Assembly: GCF_006345805.1 (NCBI RefSeq)
Contig: NC_043000.1
Coordinates: 135,222,001-135,286,000 of the forward strand
Direction: 5' to 3'
Source of the DNA: Octopus sinensis
Lineage: Eukaryota
Length of the DNA: 64,000 nucleotides
A program made the position numbers and the translations under genes. Of the stretch, positions 37,488 to 51,079 are shown piece by piece. Each line of letters begins with the position of its first letter. Positions within the stretch are counted from its first letter, which is position 1. Under the pieces are notes generated by a model. The model was not told the origin of the DNA. It did no database searches and was given only the letters and a program-made list of their open reading frames with translations.

Positions 37488-39306
37488 ATTCTTTAGATGT
37501 CCGCAATAAGAAATTAACTGATTTTTTTCTGCTGCTTTTTCTTCCAAGTTTCTAAATTTCTCATATTCTTTTTGTATTCCATTTCCGATATTTTTTAACT
37601 GCATCACTTTGTAACCACTCCTTAGCTGAAAGTCTTTCCGCATATTTCAAAAAATATTTTTATATCTAATTTCAGTATTTAACCAATGTAACTGTTAAAA
37701 ATATTTAATTCTCAGTTTGATATTTCTGACGTTTCCCCACAGAATTCGACAGCGAGTCGCAAAGTTAGACGAATATTTGCCATAAGATAATGAGGTGAGT
37801 GTAATAATAGGAATAGAGTGTTACAATGTGAAAGTCCTATTCTATGAATAAGTTAACCATTTCATAATTGGCAACAGATATGATATTTTTCGATTAGAGT
37901 CTACTCGATTTATGAATTTATATAATCATTCACATCATTATCGTTTTAACGTCAATTTGTCCATGTTTGCACGGGTCAGATTAGTTTCGTTGTGGCAGAA
38001 TTTTCTGCAGTCTGATGCTCGTTCTGCCCCCCCCCCCCCCATCTGTTTGCAACATCAAAAACCTTGGAGATTTACACATACATACAAATGTCAATGTGTA
38101 TATTAAAAGAATTTGAAGCGAAAAATAAGAATAGTTGAAATGGTATTTAATTGGCAATTAATTATAATGATAATTTAAGGTGTTGGTATTACAACTAAGC
38201 ATGAAAATAAGTTAGTTTTAAACTATTTTATTGGAAAAATCATTCAACTAGCTCAATTTCTCTTTTATCAATTTAGGAATTATTCTCAAAGGGAAAAAGA
38301 AACCTAAAAATAGAAAAATGTTACTAATTTGTAATTTAAAAAAACGAATAGACTGACTTAACTGTAATTATATAAAGCTGACTGGAAACCCTTATCTGAA
38401 CAATTGCCTTTGCCACTGGGTTTGATACTTCTAAATTATACCATTATTTTTTCTGATCTATTTCCAGTGTCCTTAACTCTAATACAAGGTGGGGGTGGGG
38501 ATGATGTAGCATATTTTATCTCTAAACGCACTTCTTAGTTTCATTGAGTATTGTAACAATTACCACTGTTTGACTTCCTTTTCTAGCAAAAAAGGAAATT
38601 TCAATTTAATAAATTTTTGCGAACATCATGCATACATATTTTTCTAGTGCACTCGTCTCTCCAATATTGACGACACTTTAATTAATTAATTATAGGAGTC
38701 TGGTACATTCCGTTCAAAATGACAGATTAAACGATTGATATATTTCGTACCTAATTAATTACTTTGTTCTCCGCATTTAATAGTAAAATACCAGCAATAC
38801 TTCGTAACTATGATAAATGTCACCCACCAAAAGTAATGGGTGATAATCATATTAGCACATAATCACATGTAAACAGTGACTGTTTTTTATAGTATGGTGA
38901 AGTGAACGATTTAATGATAGACATACAAAATTAATTAAAAGTAACTTTACGATATTTACTACAAAATTATTACAATATTGTCTCCAGTGCATTAAAAAAT
39001 TTACATTTATCATCATTCCAGAAATTCGTAGTAAAACTACGAAGTCCAAGTTCTAGTATTATTTCCTTGTTTTCTATCCTTTACATAATAAAATTGTTCA
39101 TGTTTCTTGTCCTACATACACTGTTGATTCTGTCATGTTCACATTTTCTCAGTTTGATCCTCTGGGCAGTTGAGAAACACCTAATATTTCTGGTCACTTT
39201 CATTTTGTTTGTCATATTATCATTCACCTTTACTCTACTTCTCGTTTGAATCTTTCAAATGTTATTAATATTGTAACAAGTATACGCTGCCAAATGTTTT
39301 ATGTGG

Positions 39307-39367
39307 ATTATGTGTATGCCTTGTCTATATAACCATAATGTTTATATAGACAAGCCATACACATAAT
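39307..39367. repeat. Short-loop inverted repeat (26-bp arms, 1 mismatch, 9-nt loop)
   Basis: ATTATGTGTATGCCTTGTCTATATAA / TTATATAGACAAGCCATACACATAAT. Confidence 0.92.
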
Positions 39368-39420
39368 CTATATAAACATAATGTTAACTATATATTGGGT
39401 TTTTTCTCTTGTATATGTGA

Positions 39421-39474
<54 letters not shown>

Positions 39475-39483
39475 ATATATATG

Positions 39484-39529
<46 letters not shown>

Positions 39530-39705
39530 ATATCAGGTGATACTTATAATGGATGTAATGTATACGTATTATAATATATATGTTTACGTATATATCATCA
39601 TCAGGGGTGTTAAAGGATGATGACATAATGATAATATACTATTTATAAGTATACATATAATTTACATCATACATAATGTAAATTACATATATAAGTTATA
39701 CATAA

Positions 39706-40478
39706 AAGTGTTCTGATCAATAAGTATTCGGACTGTTGGCATAGTAACGAAGCTAAAGCACGCAGAGTGAAACCGCTTAGCACAGATTGCCCTTGACCAT
39801 GACAAAAGTTGAGCAGAGAATCTGCATCAAATTTTGTTAAAAGCCTGGCAATACCTGCTCAGAGGCCTACGCAAAGTTTTCATCATTCTCCACACAATCA
39901 AGGGGATTTTGTGCAGCTGAAACCCGAGTATCTTTTTGGTCAGCTGAAAGCAGTTTTGACACAAACTTGGCAGACATGTATCTTATACCCAAATCTTCAG
40001 TGATAATGGACTGAACTGAACCGTAACTAATCTTGCACATCTTTTGATAACTCACGGATGGTGATTCGACGATTTCCCCTCAAAGCTGCACGCACATGTG
40101 ATGTTTTTCTCAGTTCTGCTAGTCGCAGGTCTCCCTGAACGTTCGTTAATATCGACATTTACGGCCATCTTGGAAATGTTTGAACCATTCGTACGCTTGT
40201 ATGCGGTTCATAAACTCCTCTCCATACACTTTCTGCAGCTTTGCTTCGACCTCTGAGCACGCCATGACGACTTTCTCTGTTATGGTTAATGCGACGATCA
40301 CACGCTACACACCTTCCTTCCAAGCACTGCTGTAAACAGCGGAAGTGAGCTAAAACATTAAAACTTAGTGTGCATGCACAGCTGCACGCACCTGTCAATC
40401 TTTGCCAAGTGGTATTACTTTGCAGGCTTTGGCTTCGTTACTATGGTAACAGTCTGGATACTTGTTGATCATTCCTTG
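39706..40478 (-). mobile_element. Internally deleted mariner
   Basis: ~55-bp TIRs (TGATCAATAAGTATTCGGACTGTTGGCATAGTAACGAAGC / reverse complement near 40420-40475); peptide ISYGSVQSIITEDLGIRYMSAKFVSKLLSADQKDTRVSAAQNPLDCVENDENF is classic mariner. Confidence 0.88.
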
Positions 40479-40496
40479 TATGTGTATATATATGTA

Positions 40497-40554
<58 letters not shown>

Positions 40555-40668
40555 TAGTTGAATGAATTATCTTAGTAAGGATAATCCGGTTAACCGATAC
40601 CATTATGGCTATGGGCTCCGTGTTGGCAGTCATCTAAGAACTTTTGTTCATCTTGATGCTGACATAGG

Positions 40669-40767
40669 TTCCTTGTTTTTCCTGATGAGAAGGCGGCATA
40701 ATGCACCCCTTATTCCGTCGAAATTAGGAATATGCAGCTTTCGAAGCATATGTCGAGAATAAAGGAA
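40669..40767 (+). ncRNA. Type-I hammerhead-like motif, possibly decayed
   Basis: Stem I 40669-40681/40755-40767 (11 of 13 pair), CTGATGA 40682-40688, G...C-closed stem II, GAAA 40720-40723, ATATGC/GCATAT stem then GTC 40752-40754; 5-nt bulge in stem III. Confidence 0.55.
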
Positions 40768-40800
40768 TTTTGTTAAATCGTCGTTCAACTCCATTCTTTC

Positions 40801-40841
<41 letters not shown>

Positions 40842-43540
40842 TACATGTGTTACATGTATTATATACATATACAATGATATATATTACATAAATATCCTGT
40901 GTGTATTCTATACACACATACACATAAGGTAGAAAATTAGCAAATGTTCATTATTCAATAATCATGCAATACAGCAGTTGTTCATCTTCACATGTGTTTG
41001 CTGAAACATAAGAGCCGAAAAGATGTCAGTTAGCGAAAAATATGAAACCTAGAAAACAAGACCTGTTCACGAACTTTCCCAGAGTATATATATATAATCA
41101 GCAGGGATATCTTACCGGTAGCTTATATTTGCCAAACTTCAGAAAAGTGTAGGTGACACAAATACCTAAGTAGATTGCCGAACCGACTAGATAGATAATG
41201 AGCAAACAACTATGCACACTATAGCTGTTGCTACTGTTACACAACACTTGGAATAGAATTCACTACGGTATAGAAATCACTTTATACGCCATCATCAGCG
41301 GTTCATGAAACGAGCAGAAAGGTTCAACAATCGACAATGTTTCTTATCTAAGTATATTTCTAAACGTTTGCTTCGCACTCCAGTCAATAACTCTTTTGTA
41401 ACCTCAGAAAATCTATGTCCACCATTTATATTCTGTTAAAATTTAACCATGTTTATTTAATTTCTTTTTGCCTTTATAAAATTCCTTGTTTTGAAAAGGG
41501 GTCCGTCGAACGCTACTATTTCTAAATAACCGGTAAACCAAACTGCTGTTGAATAGTAACTCTGTTGAAACGGCTTAGAAAATAACTAAGGATAAATTAG
41601 GTCTTGAATTTCGTAGCTAACCAGCCTGATCGAGCAGAGATAGGGAAAAGGTTTTGAAACAAGAGTATACCCCAATGTGAGTGTATATGGAAAAACACAT
41701 CCATATATATGTATTTGTGTAACAGATACACTAGAGCCGCGCGCTGCCTGACAACTCATTAAACCACAAGTTGAATAAACCGTTAGACGAAACCTAATGG
41801 CCCCGGTTTATATGAGTTTTACAATAAATTTGATTCACTACTACATTCACTCCCACAACAGTAAATGCTCCGTAGTTTTTATTCCACTAACCTTAATTAA
41901 AGGTCTATCAGCAAGCAAGCGTGCATAGTTCCATATATATGTATTTGTGTGTTCGTTCGTAACTACAAGGCTTGCAAATGCAGAATAAAATGCCCGGTAC
42001 TTCACAAGTAATAATGTTAGATATTTTATTTGGTGGCTACTTACCTGGTCACCAAATAAGTGTGTGTGTGCATCAGTTACTTGAATCTATATATAAATTT
42101 ATGCCCGCTTGTCCCCAGAGGAAAGTATCATACAGAAAGATAAGGAACATTCAATTTAACTCTTGTTCCTACGGCCATAAAATGACTGGAATTCTGTACT
42201 CTTTGGTCATTCGATCCCAGTTTTCTATGGTACTTAATGAGAAACGGATTTCTCTGCTTTCCTGCATAAAGCGTTTTTGAGGGGAGAGGAAGCACCCCCT
42301 TCTTTCTCTCCTGCTTATGTGCATATTTGTACGCGTGCAAGAAAAAAAAAAGACATGCATTTAAATACCCATATATATGCTACACACGTAAATGCGAGCA
42401 TTGCAGTAATAATGCCAGAACATTCACAAATGCCATTTACTTAGTTTGTTGCAGTAACAGTTGTTTTAGTTCTATCTCAGTAAGATCCGATCGAACCGAC
42501 CTATGATCAGACATTCCAACCACCTGAAATGTCTATTACGAATTTCTTCGTTTTCTTTTTTCATCTGAGAATACAATGTCTGTGCCCTTCCTCTTTTGAA
42601 GAAGTTGGATAGTGATTTGAAGGAGATACGATCGCTAGTTCTAGCAGTTTATGGTGAACGCATACAAGTTTCTTGGTAATAATTGTTTCAAATTTTGGCA
42701 CAAAGCCAGCAATTTTAGTGAGTGTGGGTAAATCTATTACATCGGCCCCAGATTTTGGTAGGGGTGAAAGGCAAAATCGACCTCAGTCGCATTTGAACTT
42801 AGAACATAAAGAGCCGGGGGTAAAAAATGCCAGTAGGTAATTCGCCCGATTTTCTAACAATTCTGTCAGCTCACCACTCTAAGGATTCTTAGTAAAAAAT
42901 ACTTGTATATTTTGACAATAGTATTTCATATATCATGATCATCATCTTTACCAGCTGTTATCAGAAGGCAACTGTTTTATTTTCGAGCCTTTTCCCATTA
43001 AATACAATCACTATATTTAACAAGCTGTCAACAATAGCATGTGATGTAGACATTTTACATATGTTCCACGTCTCTGACGCAACAGCGCCAAAAGTTGCTG
43101 TTATTACACGCATCATTATTAGTTGAGCAGGTTGGAGACAAATATTAAAGAGGTGATGATTACATTTTTGTTTTATCAAAATAACACTGGAACACACGTT
43201 TTTTTTTTTAAACTTTCGTTTGTATGACTGATCTCTGGATCCTTAAAATAACCCCAAAGACTATTTTGATTAGAGTTGGAATCATGACCCCGATACATAG
43301 CTATCAAATGGGAGCGGTTGCAAGGCGCCGAATCTCAAATATTCCAACAGCTGAACTTTGCTTAGTCGCGAAAATCACTACTGAAGAAAAAGCTGAGATC
43401 TAAATATACTTAAAAGGGATACTGGAAAATTATCAACTAGTCTTAGTATCTCTCTCCCTCTTTTTCTTCCTATCTCGCTCTCCCTCTAATAATGCAAATA
43501 ATTATTTCAAATTTATGCCACAAGGGCAGCTTGGAATGCG

Positions 43541-43883
43541 TTGATTACATCGACCCCAGCGTTCTACTGGTACTTATTTTATCGACCCCGAAAGGATGAA
43601 AGTCGACTGCAGCGGAATTTGAACTCAGAACGTAGCGACGGGCAAAATACCTGTTTCTTTACTACCCACAAGGAGGCTAAACACAGAGAGGACAAACAAG
43701 GACAGACAAACGGATTAAGTCGATTATATCGACCCCAGTGCGTAACTGGTACTTAATTTATCGACCCCGAAAGGATGAAAGGCAAAGTCGACCTCGGCGG
43801 AATTTGAACTCACAACGTAACGGCAGACGAAATACGGCTACGCATTTCGCCCGGCGTGCTACCGTTTCTGCCAGCTCGCCGCC
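43541..43883 (-). mobile_element. SINE family B dimer (full copy 43650-43883 plus partial body)
   Basis: Junction reads AAAGAAACAGGTATTTTGCCC on the minus strand. Confidence 0.85.
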
Positions 43884-44068
43884 TTTCTCATAAAACAAAT
43901 AAATAATAAATATTAAACATGGCAGTAAGGTTAAGAAGCTCCCTTTGCAGACATGTAGTTTCGGATTCAGTCTCATGCTATGGCTCCGGCCTGACCAATA
44001 ATAAGCGGTAACTTTGTAGAACCTCGCCATATGTGTTTTTGACACCCCTTCACGATCGGTATTGGGTT

Positions 44069-44203
44069 CTTTGCCTTTCATCCTTTCGGGGTCGATAAAT
44101 TAAGTACCAGTTACGCACTGGGGTCGATATAATCGACTTAATCCCTTTGTCTGTCCTTGTTTGTCCTCTCTATGTTTAGCCCCTTGTGGGTAGTAAAGAA
44201 ATA
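44069..44203 (+). mobile_element. 5'-truncated SINE family B with 11-bp TSD
   Basis: TSD GGTATTGGGTT at 44058-44068 and 44204-44214. Confidence 0.9.
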
Positions 44204-44335
44204 GGTATTGGGTTGTTACTGGCAAAACAAAATAAGACTGATAAAATTCAGCACCAGACTTTATTCAACTTAGACCCTTCAAGGCCGTGTCTAACATGAG
44301 AGCAGTTCAGTGACTGAAACAAGTTAAGACGCCCA

Positions 44336-44372
<37 letters not shown>

Positions 44373-45235
44373 TGTAGTGTTGCCGAACTGCGTTATTTGT
44401 TAGTTCTTTGGCATGTTTGTTTAAATGTAATCACGTCACCACTGACTGTGTTACATTATTTTCAAAGTATTAGTAAATTCCTTTATATCCAAAAACATAA
44501 GCTAAATGTGTGGGAGAAAATTCCAACAGCCCCTATGTGAATTTGATCTTCCTACCACAGCCGCTGATGCTTGTGTGTGTAATGCACGTATAAAATGCTG
44601 GTGGTGGTGGGATAAACCGGATTATTTCCTCAATCCTCAAATATTAAAAGAAATAATGTTTTTGCAGTAGTCAAATGTCCTCATCGGAGAGCCTAAAATA
44701 TCGAAATGAAATACATCCTTAGGCTATTCAAAGGCGCTGAGCGTTTTTAATTGGTTAAAGGATTGCTGGCATAGTTGATCAGGTGATTTCATATTGACTA
44801 GTATCAGCGGTTTTGCTTTTAGAGTTATCATGTGGATAGCAGTATCGTCAGTGACGTAGGCTCTTTTTGTTAGGCATTGAAGGTGGTTCTGATAAAGGCT
44901 TAGTTACTAATTTGTAGATGAATTCCTTGTTTTTGACACATATCAGCAGGCGGTTAGTAGTGCTGGTTATGACGCTCAGACATGCGCCGGCAGGTGATTC
45001 TGCATTAGTGTTAATCGTATAGTTTGTCATGCAGCAGAGTTAGACATGTGATTGTTTATGTGGCTGGATGCACTGTTAGTGAAGTCTATATTTTTATATC
45101 AGCAATCCAGAAAATGAAGCGATTTAAAATTAGTTGCAAGAATAGATGAACTCAGTTTTGGTTTAGGAATCGGGGGTTTAGGATGATGGGAGCTTCTTTC
45201 TAAGGGGGAGATATCAAACCTTGGATCTCCCCCCC

Positions 45236-45271
<36 letters not shown>

Positions 45272-45610
45272 TGATTCTCTGTCAATAATATCCACGTATT
45301 GTGTTTATTCCTGGATCCTTTGATTGCAAAATGTGTTCGAACAGTGCCATAGATTTTTTCCAAATAGCAAAGTACTAACGGTTTTTAACTTTTACTGCTA
45401 GCCCTGTCTAGTAGTTTGACACGCTGTTAGAAGATATGTTAGCGTGCTACACTGTTTTTTCAAAATATTTACCTTTACGTGTTGGTTCTTTCTCTGTTAG
45501 TGCTGCTGTGTGATATTTGCATAATGATCCTCTACAGTGCTTTATTGAATGTAGCTTTATCTGAGGTTAAAGATGACAAGCAATATTGTCTTGTTGATGC
45601 AGTTGGGTAT

Positions 45611-45953
45611 TCGGAGACCCCCTTCAGTCACGACACAGACCATGGGATTGCACCTAGAAAGTTACCCTCCTAGACACAAGTCCGGGCGAGGTTGTTTATG
45701 GAAGACCAGCAGTCGCCCATGCATACCAACCTCCCCTCTCCACGCCACCAGTGTTATCCAAGGGAAAAACAAAGGTCGATACAGCTTGGCACCAGAGACG
45801 TCGCAACTCATTTCTACAGCTGAGTGAACTGGAGCAACGTGAAATAAAGTGCCTTGCTCAAGAACACAACACGCAGCCCAGTCCGGGATTCGAGCTCACA
45901 ACCTCACGATCGTAAGCTCGACGCTCTAACCACTGAGCCATGCGCCTTCACTT
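45611..45953 (-). mobile_element. SINE family C
   Basis: Matches the 32193-32528 copy; TSD GTTGGGTAT at 45602-45610 and 45954-45962. Confidence 0.9.
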
Positions 45954-47237
45954 GTTGGGTATATGCCTACGGTTAAATGGGAGGTTTGATTCTGCATCGT
46001 TGTTCAATGGCTGTGGTGTGCATATATGTGTCATACAAACCCATTATGAGAGCTGAATAGATAGAAAGAGCCAGAAACAAGTTGGTAATATTCCAGTATA
46101 CTTTCTAAATGTATTAAACATTGACATTTTTTGTCATTTGTAAGAAGTTGGCGAAGAAAATCTAGGCTTTCTGGAAAAGAAATTCGCGATAGCATCCTTT
46201 CTTAGGACATATTTATCCTGCCTCATTATACATACCCGGGTGGCGAATTAACCTCATGGACTTTTAAAATGACTTAGTCCCAATAGGAATGCAGTGCCCA
46301 TGACTTTGCAAAGAGCCTCCGAGATAGGAGGGGAAAGGGAGAAAGAAGCTACAGATGCGACACCTAGTCTGAATGCTTTGGATCCTGCAAAGCTTCCCCA
46401 AGGACCAGAAGAGCTCTCCCTCTCTCCCTCCTTTTCCCTGTCTTATACAGTGCATCCAAAGAGGAATGGATTAATGTGTTGATTCATAGGCAGCGTGAAA
46501 CTACTGACTGAATATGAGTGCTTGGGTTTTTCGACCAAACGCAGACCAAGAGACACGGATATGAGATGAGTTGTAAAAAGAGAGCTCTTCTGTATATTGG
46601 TGACTTCCATGCTAATATACATAAACAATTTTTAAATTGTTCTACTTACGCAGAAGCTTTATGATTTACCAAGGCTTTTTTATTACCCACCTATCTCGGA
46701 GGCTCTTTGCCTGTAATATATTAGTTTCATCTCTGTATATTTTAATTTCAAATTAAGCTGAGGTCAATTAGCATTTATAAAACGTATCAAATTTACCCCT
46801 ACGTTTACACATGTTTGTTTGAGATGTACCACAATAAGAACACCTAGACTGAGGAAATGGTCAGGACAGTAGAACGTCAGAACAGATACTTTAGAATCTC
46901 TTGGAAATTAATTCACAGTTCATCTTACTGATGTTTGTAAAATAAATACCAGCAAAATACCGGAGATAATTCAATCGATTACAGATATCCACCACAAATT
47001 AATTTTTTATTGGATATATAATAGGATTTCTTCCAAGTAGCAAAGGGCTAACGATTTTTAGGAAATTCTTATCCATTTACTTCATTCCCTTTAGCTTCTC
47101 ATAAGCACATACACTCGTATGATAACAACCAATGAAGCTTTGTTCTTATTATCTTTCCCAGATATCCAACCCATACTGTTAAACTTTACGCCCAGATAAC
47201 ATTGTATTATCAAGTCGGCTCCAGGATGAGTTATCAA

Positions 47238-47283
<46 letters not shown>

Positions 47284-47789
47284 CTTACGTTCACCATAAG
47301 ACAAGACTAACATCTACAACATAAGAAGCAAGAGAAATAAGCAACACTATCATTGCAAACAATCATCGTCTTTAAATTTAGATTAGCTCTAAAAGATTCC
47401 TTCACTTCAAAAATATATACATATTAAAACAACAATTTTGGTTCATAACAACTGATAACAGTTATAAAAACATATAATGTTAGTAGACCTTTTATTATCG
47501 ACAAACATTTAAGAAATATGCAGAGTATAGTCAAGTGAATCCATTACTGTACATGACTAATTCTTATTTTCTGAGTCCAGAGAGATGAGAGGCAGCTGGA
47601 TTGGAACTTCAAATGTCAAAAAGTAAAACTAATTATTAAAGGAATTTAGACAGCCTCTCAATCTATTTTTACCATTACTGTTTTAATGAGAATAATTACC
47701 AATTCCAACAAGGTCGCTACTTGTGCGTTTGTTTTCCAATCTTGTATTCAGAATAACTACAAAGGCAAAACACGAGTTTATAAAGTGAG

Positions 47790-48160
47790 TGTTAGAGATT
47801 GCTTGACCAGAAAGGAAAATGTTCGTCGCAGTTGTAAAAATATATTTGCAGTAGTATCAGCTTCAGTATGTGCCTGCATGTCATCGGTGACAGCATCTCG
47901 AAACCAACACTGAATGGGAGTTGGCATCAGATCGATTCCCTGACCAACGGAACCTGTTCCTTCACCTTGCTTGCGATCTCTTCCTAGTCCCTATCAACTT
48001 GGCGATCCCATTCGAAACACACCCTCAGCATCTTAATTGGGCCTTCGTTTTTTATCGAGACAAATTGCCTCTAGCCGACATCGACTTGCATCATGGCTCA
48101 CTCGTCGGGTAGTGTTCTCATCCTGCTGCCAGCTGCAATGAGCAGTTACCAAGAAAGGCA
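47790..48160 (-). mobile_element. Decayed Tx1/L1-clade LINE reverse-transcriptase C-terminal fragment
   Basis: Stop-interrupted EGPIKMLRVCFEWDRQVDRD*EEIASKV resembles the GPvKlLGVwfg...W.ev..kv thumb region of Tx1-type RTs (from memory, not searched). Confidence 0.5.
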
Positions 48161-48234
48161 AATAAGTTTTAAATGTTTATATTAGTACGGTTATAAGATC
48201 AATTTGTACGAGAGATTTAGTTAAAATAATCAAA

Positions 48235-48401
48235 CGCAGGAGTGGCTGTGTGGTAAGTAGTTTGCTTACCAACCACATGGTTCCGGGTTCAGTCCCACTG
48301 CGTGGCATCTTGGGCAAATGTCTTCTACTATAGCCTCGGGCCAACCAAAGCCATGTGAGTGGATTTGGTAGATGGAAACTGAAAGAAGCCTGTCGTATAT
48401 A

Positions 48402-48432
<31 letters not shown>

Positions 48433-48647
48433 GTGTGTGTGTGTGTGTTTGTCCCCCTAGCATTGCTTGGCAACCGATGCTGGTGTGTTTATGTCCCCGT
48501 TACCTAGCGGTTCCGCAAAAGAGACCGATAGAATAAGTACTGGGCTTACAAAAGAATAAGTCCTGGGGTCGAGTTGCTCGATTAAAGGCGGTGCTCCAGC
48601 ATGGCCGCAGTTAAATGACTGAAACAAATAAAAGAGTAAAAGAGTAA
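48235..48647 (+). mobile_element. SINE family A, full length
   Basis: CGCAGGAGTGGCTGTGTGG...AAAAGAGTAAAAGAG. Confidence 0.92.
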
Positions 48648-49054
48648 ACCCAATTATCTAGCATTAATGATTTTGAACATGGCGATTTTATATTGATCCC
48701 AGAAGAATAAAAAAATAAAACGGTTGGGGCGATTTGAACTCACATAATCGAATAAGTTTGTGTATACGCGTGTGTACACGCACTCAACGTACACCTATAG
48801 TTTTACCCATCCGCCTACACCAATAAACATTCTCAAGTTATGTCAGTTATAACTCTCCGGGGAGCCTGCTAACTTAAGTCTAAAGTTCCTGTTTGACAAC
48901 AAACCGGGAAATGAAACTAAATACAGAAATTTCCGTGTGAAAAACCGTCGATTTTACAACTTGCCTATCTCAAAGTTTACCGACTTCTCCAAAATAAAAA
49001 CGAACGTGTTAACTCTCTTCTCTGATACAAATTAGGAAAAACAAATCTAGCAAC

Positions 49055-49620
49055 TTTCTCTCCCTCCATCTCACTCTCTCCCTCCATCTCACTCTCTCTC
49101 TCCCCTCCCTCTCCCTTCTCTCACTCATCTCCTCTCGCTCTCTCCCTTCCTCTTTTCTCTCTCTTCCTCCCCTCTCGCTCACTTCTTCCCCTCTCGCCCT
49201 CCTCCCTCCCTTCTTGCTCCACCCCTCCCTCGCTCTCCCCCTCTCGCCCTCTCTTCCTCTCGCCCTCTCTTCCTCTCGTCCTCTCTTCCTCTCGCTTTCT
49301 CCCCCTCTCGCCCTCTTTCTCCCCTCCACTCTCTCTCCCTTTTCGCTCTCTCTCTTCCTCCCCTCTTTCGCCCTCTCCCTTGTCTCTTTCTCTTCTTCCC
49401 CTCTCGCTCACTTCTTCCCTCTCGCCATCCTCCCTCCCCTCTTGCTCCACCCCTCCCTCGCTCTCCCCCGCTCGCTCTCTCTTCCTCTCGCTCGCTCTCG
49501 CTCTCTCCCCCTCTCTTCCTCCCCTCCACTCTCTCTCCTTTTCGCTCTCTCTCTCTCTTCCTCCCCCTCTTTCGCCCTCTCCCTTGTCTCTTTCTCTTCT
49601 TCCCCCCCTCTCTTTTTCCT
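49055..49620. repeat. Polypyrimidine (CT-rich) tract with ~200-230-bp internal duplications
   Basis: CCTCTCGCTCACTTCTTCCC at 49171 and 49400; second block at about 49322 and 49521. Confidence 0.9.
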
Positions 49621-50083
49621 TATCTATCTACGATAAAACAGAATCCAAAGTGTCTGTTGTTAATCTACGTCGGCAAGACTTGTATTATTCAGAAAAATTC
49701 GACACTGTACTCTTTTTGTCGATCTATCTCTCTATCTTGCGACGGCTCGTGGCTTGGTATTTTAAGCGTTTCGGCTCGTGATCACAAGATCGTGGTTTTA
49801 ATTCCCATGTTTTGTTTTTGTTCTTATCCTTTGGGTGATAATGTTATGGTTTATTGAGATGAGAGGAGAACGATTATATAAGCAATCAAAGAACAATTAA
49901 TATAGCTTGCTTTCATACAGAAACAACAAAAATTGACCTATGTACTCCTGTCTGAGATGGAGGAAAAGTGTACAACCAGCTATCAGTATTTTAACGCAAT
50001 ATTTTATACTGCAGCATCTCATGAATACTGTTTTTTTTCTCTCTTCTTTCCTCCTATCAGATCTCATATGTCGGATAAAAAGT

Positions 50084-50506
50084 CGAGCTGGCAGAAACGT
50101 TTGCACGTCGGGCGAAACGCTTAGCAGTATTTCGTCTGCCGTTACGTTCTGAGTTCAATTCCGCCGAGGTCGACTTTGCCTTTCATCCTTTCGGGGTCGA
50201 CTAAATAAGTACCAGTTACGCACTGGGGTCGACGTAATCGACTTAATCCCGTTTGTTTGTCCTTGTTTGTCCTCTCTGTGTTTAGCCCCTTGTGGGTAGA
50301 AAGAAATAGGTATTTCGTCTGTCGCTACGTTCTGAGTTCAAATTCCGCCGAGGTCGACTTTGTCTTTCATCGTTTCGGGGTCGATAAATTAAGTACCAGT
50401 TACGCACTGGGGTCGATATAATCGACTTAATCCGTTTGTCTGTCCTTGTTTGTCCCCTCTGTGTTTAGCCCCTTAAGGGCAATAAAGAAATAAAAAAGAA
50501 ATAAAA
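50084..50506 (+). mobile_element. SINE family B dimer
   Basis: Head + body + tail AAAGAAATAG, then GTATTTCGTCTG... second body and tail. Confidence 0.9.
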
Positions 50507-51079
50507 TGTTGAAAGCTTTGTCTGAGTGGATCTCGCTAAAAGCAACCCGGGGCTAGGTTGTGGCGTTAAACCCCGAAGCAGTTTAGATCTACCACCCGAG
50601 AATTTGGCATATGTATATTTGTTTCTAATCATTGAGTGACACATAATGCACATTTTTCAGGCATCTTAGGTTCGTTGATACAAATAGGAAAAGCAGAGGT
50701 TTTTCTTTCTTTCTTCTTCTTCAGCTTAGATATTCGCATAATCCAATGGTTTTACAAAAATATTAAACTTTAAGCCCAGAAAAGCAACGACAGACTCATA
50801 TTCCATTTTATTTGTTTAGTTTTTTTAGTTGTTTTTCTCTGTTTGTTTTTCCAACAACTTGAATTCACAACTACAAGCTCTGTCTATCATTAAGCATTTC
50901 AGTTTATATCTACTAATCCTAATTATATTTAAATTTATTTCTTGCAGTAATTACGATAACTATCGAGTTCTAATAACAATTAGAGAGAATATTTCTGATT
51001 CCAGAATAATCGACCAGTAAGCACAACATTTACGCTATTTTATAATAATTAAATCAATCAATCTTTTAAATTTTGGTTA

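Noticed and set aside
44780-45220. Possible RT remnant (YVTDDTAIH, LHFLD)
   Set aside because: Motifs are too degenerate and not clearly in a consistent frame or order
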